Shown here: positions 11,106 to 23,100 of the stretch, in pieces | Layout of the letters: each line of letters begins with the position of its first letter | Position numbering within the stretch: the stretch's first letter is position 1 | Notes under the pieces: model-generated | What the model was told of the DNA's origin: nothing | The model's database searches: none | Seen by the model: the letters and a program-made list of their open reading frames with translations, nothing else | Source of the DNA: Podarcis melisellensis | Taxonomy: Eukaryota | DNA length: 64,000 nucleotides | Assembly: GCA_964234715.1 (NCBI GenBank) | Contig: OZ174276.1 | Strand: one strand, 5' to 3' | Position numbers and translations under genes: made by a program

Positions 11106-14100
11106 GTGAGTCTTTATGCTCTTTACAAAGAACGAGAGTTGGACTTTATGAAAAGTTGTTGCTGTGTTTTTGCTGTGCTTTTTTCATTAGTAGGCAGCAT
11201 GGCTCTTACATTATTGATTTTTTACAATATTCATAAGCAGCAATCTTAAACGTTGTGGCAGTACAATTGATTTTAACAGAATGGCTTGCCCAAAGTGGTT
11301 TTTGAGTTTTCCTCTGGATACTAATAGTGACTTTATATTTTCCAAAAGTAAAATCTGGTATTTTAGTACATGGATTCTGCTCAAAGACTTTGTGAGTGAG
11401 TTGTAGTGGGTGTGTTAAGGGATGGATATTTCTAAATGTATTGGTCAGTGTGAGATATTAGATTACAGAGCAATTCAGTCCACCTTGTGTCAGGATGGGG
11501 AGGGAAGGATGAGTCGGATTGAGCAAAAGTATCTCTCAGCCCAGCTCTGCCACAGGCAGCCACTACCAGAGTGCATTGCAGCAGTGCAATCTTGGAAGTC
11601 ACCTGACAGATATTATGGAGAAATAAAGAGTGTCATCAGCATGCCAACTTCAATTTGAATCAATATTCATCATGACTGCTCCCAAAGGCTTTGCGTCAAT
11701 TCCCTGGGGATAAAATAGCACCCTGTGGCACCCTATAGCATAACTGTCAAGGGTGCAAAAAACCTTCTCTTCATCTTACTGTCTGGACTTGGCTACTTAA
11801 TATAGCTGTAGAAGCACTGGATGTCTCACTATGCCCATCCCATGGAGCCTGCCCAGGGGGATATCATGGTTGACTGTATTAAAAGCCACAGACAGATTGA
11901 GAAACAGAAGTAAAGTTGCCCTCCTCTTCTTTCTCCTTTGGTAAAGCTCACCCAACAGGATGGCCATGGCCTGCTTGATATCATAGCCTGGCCTGAATGC
12001 AAATTGAAATGGGACTAGATAATCCATATAATCCACAAATGCCTGTCGCTGCCCCTAGGGTTAGGTATTTGCAACTGGTTGGTAGTTTGTCCAAGCCAAT
12101 GGATCCAGGGCTGGCTTCTTTAGGAGTGGGCGCAATATCACCGCTTTTAAGGCAATAGGGACCACCCTCTCACACCACATAATGTTAACCCACGGTCTGG
12201 ACCCAACCAATCATCCAATCAAATCCCCTCTGCTAAACCAAGAGGGACCTTGTCCACATCCTCAGTTGTATAAACTTAAACTGATCCCATGAAACATTGG
12301 ACTGTGTAGCATTGAGTAGTTCAGTTGGAGATACAAGAACAGAGCCAAGGTCACTCAAAAGTTGAGGTATATATCAGAACAAACTTAGTATGACCTGCTT
12401 GTCTGCAGATTACTGCCATGTGCGCCTCTCAACCACATATTTGTTTCTGCAGCAAAAATGCCTTGATCCAAATAATTACTGAAAATTTCATTAGCTTGGT
12501 ATTACTATGATATCTTATTTTTTAAAATATGTTTGTTTGTGATGAACAAGCACTTTCAAAAAAGCACTTGCTGGACTGAATTCCAGTTCTGTGGAGCAAA
12601 GTGTTTTTTGTGCTGACCTTCACCGAAAATGATAAAACATGGGATATCTAGCTGCCTAAATATTAATGAAATATTTACATGTTTGTTTTCTGAAAAATGA
12701 ATGATGCAATACAATCCCCTTGCCATTGTTCTTGTTTGTAATCCTTGGAGACATATTTGTAAAAGCCTAGACAAAGCAAGGTAATTATACTATTGAGATT
12801 CCTGTTATGGTACTCAAAAACTCCTCATTATTATTTTATTTTTAAAGTCCTTACAAAAACTTACCTATGGTAATTGTGCACTCTAATCCTTTATGCTTTT
12901 GGGGTTACCTAGTGTTATCCAAATATATAATTTTGAGACAGCTGAAAACAAACTACTTGGGCACGGTGGATGTTGAAGTGGTTTTATCACATGGGCTTAT
13001 GAGGGATTGCTGAGGCAAATGGACTGCTCAACCAGTGATACACGAAGCTTTCCCCCCTACTCTGAGAAATCACCAAGCAACCATGCAGTAAGCCTAGAAA
13101 GACCAATCGGAGAAAGGAATTCAGAATGAAAATACTGAAGGGGCAGAAGTCAACACAGAGGAATAATTAAGAATACATTGTCTCTGAACTGTAATGATGA
13201 GATCTAGTTTTTTTCAAGTCCACTAATCACAAGGATCAGCCATACCTAAACCAGGTATTTTCTTCAACCGATCTGGATAAGGATGACATAATAATGATGA
13301 TGATGATGATGATGTCCAGGCTGTTTAGTGGATTTATTCATTTTATTTGAAATAGGAAAGTTCAGGAAAATTTTGATTGAAACTTTAGGCTACTCTTTGA
13401 TGTATAAAATAAGGAGACAATTAAAATGTTCCCACTACATTAGAAATGAGATAGTAGGCCACAAAATTCACATTGTGCCAGTGTTCAACTACATAAAGAG
13501 ACACTGTCAAAGGTGAGTAGGGGGAAAGCAACTGTTTTGAAGGTTGAGGCACACAGCTGTGTATAGAACAGTTTCCCCCCCCCTCCAATTGACTTCTTTG
13601 TGAGTAACATGAATGATGCAGCAAGACTCATGAAATATACATTTAATTCCATGCAAGTGTCCACAGGGAGCATTTCTGCAGCCAGCGGTAAGAGTATTTT
13701 GAAAGCACATTGTACAAAACAAGGATTCAGAAAAATCAATACGGCAAAATTGCAGGTTTGGAATGTTCTGTAATGTTATGCATAAACGAAGCATAAATAG
13801 AAACTTTTAGCAAGCAATTATGTTTTCACTGCACCGTAACATGTTGCTTTGAAGGTAACGCAGATTGATATATCCATCCACATGCTCTCCTACAGGCTGA
13901 GGCTCCTGAAAACGCATGCTTGTATGCTATTTGGCCTTTCAGCGATCATGCTGCCACTATTTATTCTGTAGCACAATCCAAGCATCCGCATGTGTAAGCA
14001 GTTGCACAATCTGGGTTTTAAATCAAGCAGGCGGCCTGCGTGAGAAGAGGAAGCTCCTTGCTACAGACTTTTGCAACTCTTGGAAGAGTTGTTCGTAGAA

Positions 14101-17100
14101 CAGAGATGACACGCTAGAGAGGAGGGGCTTAGTGTCCTCCCCACTCCGCACTGTGTGATTGCTTACACATGAGCACAGCTAAACGCCCAAATAGTGCTAC
14201 TGTAAATTGACAAAAGGGACATAGCCAGGCATGTCAACTCTCACATTCCTTAGGATCTTGACAGTCTTGCCGGAAAGACGTGAAAAGGGCGGTGGTGGAG
14301 AAACCAGGGACAAGAAGAGATCAATGTGAGCAAATGAAGCTATATGTAGGTGTAGGCTGCATGTCTGTTTGCATTGGAGATTAAGGAGTGTTTCGCATAG
14401 CTTTCTTTATACTGTCTCAGAGTCTGCACTTCAATGGCTTTAAGAACTTTGTCTGGGAAACTGGAATGCGACTCTAAGGACCAAACTCCTGATCTCCCAT
14501 TGTCTGTGTTGTTTCACTGTAGGGCTGGGATGGTGCACGGAGATCTGTAATAGGCAACAGCTCCCAACTGCTAACCCACTACTATGATGATGCAAGGACC
14601 ATGTATGAGGTTTTTAGAAGGGGTTTTAATATCTCTGGTAAGTATTTGGAAGTGTTAATGTGGACTTGTAAATCATAATGTTCATCTTCTCGCCTAAACT
14701 TCCTACTAGACCCACAGGGGGCTGTTGGCTCAGTTTCTGTAAGAGGCCAGTTGTGAACTGAACTTTGATGTTGACCAAGACTGGAAACTGCAATGGGCTG
14801 GAAGCAGTTTGGGATCTAGAAAACGAGGTGGTGGTCCAAATTGTTCACTGTAATTGATATTGCAACCCTTGCACATTGGTTCAAACAGCTTCAGCATCTA
14901 GCAGTATTAACTATGTGTGTGCTTTCTGGCAGCCCCTCTTTGGGTGAACAGTAATCAAGGTATAAATTACTCTGTTCTGAAGCAAAAGAGATAATATAGC
15001 TAATTCCAGGAGGAGCTAAAATCATGCTATAACATGCTATAACAATTCTACCTTTAGGATAAATCTGATGTTATAATCACACCCTATATAGCCCTCCCTT
15101 CCATCCCTCCTGAAAAATATGCAGTATTTTGTTCTTGTTAGATGGAGGTTTTTCTTATTTTCCCTTCTGCCAAAGCAAACTGAACCAATGGGAGGTGACA
15201 TTTAGAATGGAAGTATCAATCAGATAATGATGATGCAGCCCTCTAGAGTCTAGATATATTAATAAGGCAGTGGAGGTGCTTAATGTCACAGTCACCTTCT
15301 CATTTCTAAATGAGAACACTGAATGGTCCTTGAGGGAACTTACAGAATGCAATATTCCATTAGGCAAGATAGCTTCTGTTTGCATTTGATGGTTCTCTGT
15401 ATGAACTCCTGGATTGCTGACATACACCCTGACCTTGATAATAACAATGGTTTATTTTTAGGCATGCTGTCCTCCTGAGGAGCACTCAGGCTGCCAGGAA
15501 GTGCATTATTAACCATCTTTTTGGGAAAGAATTATGGTTCTTATAGCTCATTTAATCTGTTTTCCTTTAGAAAATGGCCCATGCTTAGGATTCAGGAAAC
15601 CAAAACAGCCTTACCAGTGGTTGACCTATAAAGAGGTGAGGTTCATGTTATATTTTTCTTAATAGAACAACAACATTAGAAGAGTTCACATTGTTGTGAA
15701 CTTAGTAATGCTCACATATGGAAGGTTTCTGTAGTGTCCATATGATGTTGTCCTCATTAAGATGACATCCCATACCTCCTTTCCAATTTTATCTGGTGTT
15801 CTGTGTGTCTGCCGGTGCGGTTGCTCGAGAGCGAACAGGCAAGACTCCCACTTTTCTTTTCAAGGCTTTATTATCTGTACAGAACATTTACAGTGCAGAG
15901 CGTCTCAAGTCCAGGTCTGCTCAGTCGCTAGCAGAATCTGGGAGTGGGCGGTCCTTAAACTTTCCCTAGCATAGCAGTCTTTTGACCCCCATCCTATGCC
16001 TCCCCTCTCTGCACGTAAACTGACTGCGCAGAGAGGGCGTGGGCAAAGGGGGATATGCTTCCCCCCTGCTTTGCTCAGGCCCAGTGTTGCGGCTCTTTCT
16101 AGCATCTTTCGAGCCCTGCATCACTTCCCCACTGGAGGCGGGGCTTCCCTCCTCGCCAGAGGAAAGAGCTGCTTTGCACGATCTTCGGAGGCTCCCTGTA
16201 ACCCAACTGCCCTTCCACCTCTCGCCTCTGAGCTGATGGCAGTTCCCTGACATCTAGATTTACTATTTCTGAAGGGAGGGAGGTTAAAATCAAATTATTT
16301 AATGGGAAAACAATATGGGACAGCATTTTGATGAATATGATGTTGTGTGGATGCTGCTCAAAACTTCCATGCATGAGAACCACCAAATTCACAGTAAACG
16401 TGTGTGTGTGTGTGTGTGTGTGTGTAGGTTCATTTTAGATATCATAAGTCCCTGTATATTTTACAAAAACTATACCAATCAGTATTCCGTTATTGCATCC
16501 ATCAAAAGTTATTTACACTGTTTAATTTATCTTAATGCTGCCAGTGTTTTCAGCTGTACACAATTATTTCTCATATATTCAATAACTGTTTTCCAATCTT
16601 CTTTAAATGTATGTTCTTCTTGTTCTCTTATCCTATATGTTAAGTCTGCAAGTTGTGCATATTCTGTCAACTTAAGTTGCCATTCTTCTTTAGTTCACAG
16701 TAAACAGCTCTTTATGATACGCGGGTGGCGCTGTGGGTTAAACCACAGAGCGTAGGGCTTGCTGATCGGAAGGTTGGTGGTTCGAATCCCTGTGACGGGG
16801 TGAGCTCCCGTTGCTCGGTCCCTGCTCCTGCCAACCTAGCAGTTTGAAAGCACGAAGTGCAAGTAGATAAATAGGTACCGCTCTGGCGGGAAGGTAAACG
16901 GCGTTTCCGTGCGCTGCTCTGGTTCACCATAAGCGGCTTAGTCATGCTGGCCACATGACCCGGAAGCTGTATGCCGGCTCCCTCGGCCAGTAAAGTGAGA
17001 TGAGCACCGCAACCCGAGTCGGTCACGACTGGACCTAATGGTCAGGGGTCCCTTTACGTTTATTCATTTAGTTTAGGTTTGCATTGAGCTCACTGTGTTC

Positions 17101-20100
17101 TGCAGGGCAGGGCCCTCTTGCAGACATCATCTTATCAGGAGATCTGTTCCGCACCATGTTTGAATGGAGCCTTTAGTGTGGTGGCACCCACCCTTTATGT
17201 CTCCTTATGGCTCCCTCAGCCAAGAAAGCAAGATGAGTGCCGCAACCCCAGAGTTGTCTGCGACTGGACCTAATGGTCAGGGGTCCCGTTATCTTTACCT
17301 AAACTCCTCTTTGGAAGTGCCCATACACTATAAGAGCTGTTTGTGAACAGACAAACACAAAATCCCTGTTAAGAATATCATTGGATTTGCCTAATGCAAT
17401 GTGCAAGATGATCCTCTGTTAATTCTCCTTAAGTGTTTTCTTTTACTTTCAGGTTGCCGAAAGAGCAGAAGCATTGGGATCAGGTTTACTCCAAAAGGGG
17501 TGCAAACCATCAGCAAGTCAGTTTATTGGGGTTTTTGCACAAAACCGGCCAGAGGTGAGCTTCAAGAAAACCAGAGCCTTATCTCCAACGTCACATTTTA
17601 TTCATATTTATTGCAAACTGTAACTTATACCTTTCATAATCTCCTTCCAGTGGATCATTTCTGAGCTGGCTTGCTATACCTATTCCATGGTTGTGGTTCC
17701 CCTGTATGATACGTTAGGCCCTGGAGCCATTCGTTATATTATCAACACAGGTAAAAAGAAATGTAGATTCATTGTGAGTAAATAGCTTCATAGAAAGCTA
17801 ATTTTGCTATGTAAAACAGCAACCGTTTTGCCTGTTCAAAGGGAGCATTATTTCACCAATAAGAATCGCTTCACTTCTGAATCCTCACTTTCTAGTGAAA
17901 TGTTAGAAGAGGAAAACAGAAGGTCTTGCACACACACAAAAGACTGACTGGGAGGTTACAGGTGGTTGTTTTATCACACGACTGATATATAACGGTACTC
18001 CTTGGCAGGATGATATAGCCAACCAAGCTACCCTAGGGCAGTTTGGTTGACTTTGTGTTTTATTGTGTAGGTTGTCAAGCCAATATCAACATTGTGATAT
18101 TTAATAGGTACTTTTAGTGTTAATATTCAAATACTGCATCTTTTTAAGATCCTTTACCAAGTCCTCATTCCCTACAAAAAAAAAGCTATTCAAATTCCAT
18201 CAGGCCAATCAGCCCTAACCTGTCAAATTCATACCTTTGAATGCACTTCAGAAGATACCCAAGGTGAAATTTGAACACTAAGCACTAGTATCAACAGGGT
18301 CTAGTTGTGGCTCTGTAATCGTTTCCTTTTTGGAGTTCCAGGGTAACACTAGTTCATTTCAGCAGTCATCCACTGGCAATATGGTACCAGAACACCTGTA
18401 CTTTTATTTTGCGTTTTGGCTTTTTTTCTGGCAACAATCATTTCCCATCAGAAAAAATCAATCTCTCTGCTCCCTTTCTTTTTAAACACTAAAACAACTG
18501 AAGGCGTATACCAGAATTTCCAAAGGAAAACTGTCATAAAATGTGTGTGAGAGTGCGTTATTTTGTATCCTGCTTTTTGCCCAAAGACCCCAAAGTGGCT
18601 CATGACATTTATAAAGTAGGGCACTTTCAGCCATGGGGAGAGTCAGGCCAGAAGATGAAGAACAAGTTGAAAACTAGGAGAACAAGTTGAAAACTAAAAT
18701 TTTAAAATACTGAAATCAAGATAAACAGAAGAAAGCAAGTGTGGTTGATGAGCCTGGAAAAGCAAGAGCTGTTAAATTAAGGAATTGGTGTATTTGTTTA
18801 TTTGAGCTATTCCTCTGTATCGACCCGGGTGAAGTACAAAACATCTGGTCTGGTCATACTCCAAAAAAATCCATCCACTTAAGACCATTGATTTCAGTGC
18901 TCTATTCTGAATATGACTCAGTTGGACATCACCAATTAAATAAAAGCCAGCCAACCAAATAATAAAATAAGCAACAGCAAGGCATACTAAAATGCACCAA
19001 TGAACAAAAAAGTCACTTAAAAACCAGAGTAGGTGAATCAACATAAAGCACTTAAAATGCATAGGCAAATGAATTAACCTTAAGCTGTGCATTGAAATGA
19101 TAACAATGTTGGTGCTGCTTCTTCCTGTAAAGGGTGGGAGGGCATTTCACAGATGGGAGGCCACCACAGAAAAGGCTCCTCTGCATTCCTATATCTCTTT
19201 GTATAGTGGTCAGTGACAAATTTCAATGGAGGGCGGATTATGATTTTTTAAAAAGAGAAATGTGTTGACACTGCACTGCAATTTTTTCAAACTTATTTTC
19301 TGTTTGTTTCTTTGTGTGTTTAGCTGATATTTCTATAGTAGTTTGTGATAAGCCTGAAAAAGCCAGAATCCTCTTAGAAAATGTAGAGAAAAAACAAACT
19401 CCGGGCTTGAAATTCATTATTTTGATGGACCATTTTGAGAAGGATCTTAAAGAAAGAGGGCAAAAGTGCGGAGTTCAAATCCAGGCTATGCAGGAAGTAG
19501 AGGTAAGGTTCTTATCCACTGTTTAACTGATCTCACGTTACACTGTTTATGCAGTTAAGCAGGAGTTCCACAGAATTATAACAAATTAAAGTTATGTGAT
19601 ATGCCATCATTGTGTGTGTGTGTGTGTGAAGACTTGTCAAGACTAGCACAAGTATAAAATGCACTGATGGACAATCAAAGATGGCCAAAGTAATAATAAT
19701 AAGAGGTGATTATTTTTTATGTCCATGCTTTTCATTGTGCAAACAGTTTTTCCTCTTATTTGTCGCCATCTGATATTAAAACATGACACAAGCAAATGAG
19801 AGGCACACTGCAGAAAGGCATCTGCAGAAAGCGTAGCCCTGGTGACTCAAGAAAGTGGGCCAATCCACAGGCTATAGCATGGGTGGCTAACCTCTGGCCT
19901 TCCAGATGTTGTTGGGACTCAAACTTCCATCACCCCCAGCCAGCATGGCCAATGGTCAAGGATGATATGCCAGAACATCTAAAGGGCACCAGGTTAGCCA
20001 CCTTCTTGCGGCAGGGCTAAAGGCCTTTGGCCAATCCACATGTATTAAATTGTTCTCCTTTTTATTAAATCCTTTCAGGACTGTGGTCGAGAAAGTCGGC

Positions 20101-23100
20101 GTGCCCCTGTAGTGAGTATAATCCCTTTTATTCCACACTGAACAGTTCCTCATAAACAATGAGTACAATTTACCACAAACGTCCCCGGTGCAAGCATAAC
20201 TGAAATGAATGAAAGCTGCAGAACAACCTGTCTCTGTGCATGGCCCATTTGTTTTAATGAAAGCTGGTGCAGGGGTCTTTGTAGATGATTCTCATATTTA
20301 AGTACCATGTGGTTTTAAATGGAATCCAAGTTACTCGTGAAAAGCACAATTGGCCACGTTTCTTGCTGTGTATTAGAAGTTGTGCCCCTGGGTCCCTTTT
20401 TTCTGTTTTGGGGATATTTCAGCTTAATGGACGAGGCATGAGATAAGTAAAATGGCAGTAAGATGGGGAAAGGAAAATTTGCTTTGGAGGAGGAGGTAAG
20501 ACACTTGGTAAATATAGTCTAGTACAGATAAGTGCCTAGCCGAACTAGATGCTAGAGGTGGCCACCGAAACAGTTATTAAAAAGGGCCCTTCTTCATTAT
20601 AAAGCACCCTGGGTAAACAAATTGAGTGCTTAAACATTCAATATGATCAGAGACTACAAAGTGATCCACTGTGGGCCAGAAATTAAAAATTCTGAGTTTT
20701 TCTCACATGAAGTATCAGCTGAGAAAAAAATAAAGCAGTGAACTCTGAGGAAATGAATGTGCTGGGCACCTACTACTGTGCTGGTCCCGAGAGTTAACCG
20801 TGCAGCGAGGTCCGAGTCCAGTCTGAGGTCAAGGGTGTGGTATGGAGGCTGTCTGTCAAAGCTGAAGCGGGGTCCAAGGTAGGGAGTCGGGTGAGGTCAG
20901 GAACTCTGGCAGAAGAGCAGGACAGGGTGCAGGCAGGAACAGGCTACCAACAATGTTGCTCCTGCAACCTGGGACTGGGGCTGGCTGGCTTTTATCTGCC
21001 CTGAGGCATAGGGTGGCCCCGGTCCACAGGTGACTCGCCTCTCCTGGCCTGGGGTGTAAATCATATAAATAAGTAAAATAAATGAACTAAGACATTTCTT
21101 TTTCTTCCATGACTTTTCTAGCCTCCTCGACCAGAAGATCTATCAATAGTCTGTTTTACTAGTGGCACTACAGGTAAACTTTACCAGTTTTGCAACAGTT
21201 TTCTTTGGGCCTTAATAATGGTGACATTGTACAGAAAAGCATTTTGATTCCATTAAAATAATATGTAAATAGATATCAGATGTATGTAAATTAAAGTTAT
21301 GTATATATTTTAAAACATATTTCATATATACCAGAAGACAGAGCACAGTTTTAGGGTTCAGTATTAAATGCTAAACCACATTTAATCTAAAGTGGAAGTG
21401 GAATCTGCTGATCTAGTTGTGGCTGTGTGAGAGGAGAGAGAATGAATGAGTGGACAAGCCTATGGCAGCGGGAGGGCTAGGTTCCTTCTCCTGACAGGAA
21501 ACCATTTTTGCCTTCAACATGACTTTTTTTCCTGCTTCCTGCCATGTTGAGGTGGCAACTCTAGAAACTGCAGCCTAAATATGCTTGGGACCCTCCAAGA
21601 CAGCAGGAGGAAGGGTGCAATGGCTGTAGGAGAAAAGGGAAATTTGTGAACATCGCTCCTGTTCATTGAAGCCTTCAGTGGATCAAAGAGCCTTCTGTGA
21701 ATAGAAGTACGCCATACAAAATAGCCCTAAATGTTTTAAATAAAAATAATTATCATTGCTAGTCTAAACATCAGTTGGGGACTATCTAGGGTGTGAGACA
21801 CAGTCCAAATCAGAGACTCGGAACCAAACCCTATTCTTTACCTTGGGGTACATTCTTCCCATATATGCACATACACTTCTGACTTGCCCTACAGGTGTTG
21901 GGCCAAGCTACACAGTCTTAGTTAACACGGTTATTGTATTAACACAATTGATGATAGATCCATTGCTGCTAATTTAGATGTCACTTATGGACAAAATTCT
22001 GGCCAAAAACATGCTGCTGTCTGAGGCAAGGGGCAAGATGGTGCTGCCTCCCATATTCCTCAGACAAAAACCAAATGGATTGCTTTGGAGAAATCCCGGT
22101 GGGCGTCTTAAGCAATACTGAAGTCATGGTTTGAGATATATAAAGCTACAACACACAAACCTTTGAAAGCATTTAAAAGCTGCTTGCTTTTCAAGGTAGT
22201 CCAGGAGCAAGCATGTTCATTTTAAGTGAGGCCCCTTGGAGGAAAAGCTTATTGTGCCCTCTTTCAACACCAGATAGAAAAGTATTCCTTAGGGAATGGA
22301 AAAGGTCCATTGCTAGTGGTCCCTTGAGGTTCGTTTTGTGGTTACATGCGGGGCTTTTTACACCTCCCTTCCATGAGTGTGCTTTCTTTAAAACTAGTGC
22401 AATTAAAGCATCTTAAATTGTTAAAGTGCTCAACAAATCAGCTGAGAATGTGCATCCTTTTATGGCTCACTGTATACTAGATAATCCAGAGGCAGTTTCC
22501 TGAGAGAGTCCGGTGGTGCTGGTTGTCTCTGCTATATACCAACTATAATCTTCCCTTCAGTCTTTCCATGACAGACTTGTTTATGACAATAGTGTTCACA
22601 GAAGTCTAATTTCATCTGCATGATAGGCATAATGGAAGGGAATCCTGATTTAACTACAGCTGTGCTGGGATTTCAAATGTATGCACAGAGCTCAGTTTGG
22701 GTCACTGAGGTGGTTCTGCTTTATCAGTGGTGGAGAATCTGTGGTGCTTCAGGTTTTGCTGAACTCCTCCCATCATCCCTGACCATCGGTCCTGCTGGCC
22801 GGGGCTGATGTAAGGCGAGAGTCCAGAAACATCTGGCATGCTGCAGGTTCCTCATCTCCGTATTATGCTTTGGTCCAGAAAAAGAAACGGGATTTCCCTT
22901 TAATTCAACTTTGGAAACTCTTAAGTGTTCCTTTGATGTATTTTTCTTCTTCCATTCTCCAGGTAACCCTAAAGGTGCTATGCTGACTCATGGGAATGTG
23001 GTTGCTGATTTTTCAGGTTTTTTGAAAGTAACAGAGGTGAATATTCTATCTGATTTATTTATGTTGCAAAAAAAAAAATCAGCAGAATGTGTAACATGCA

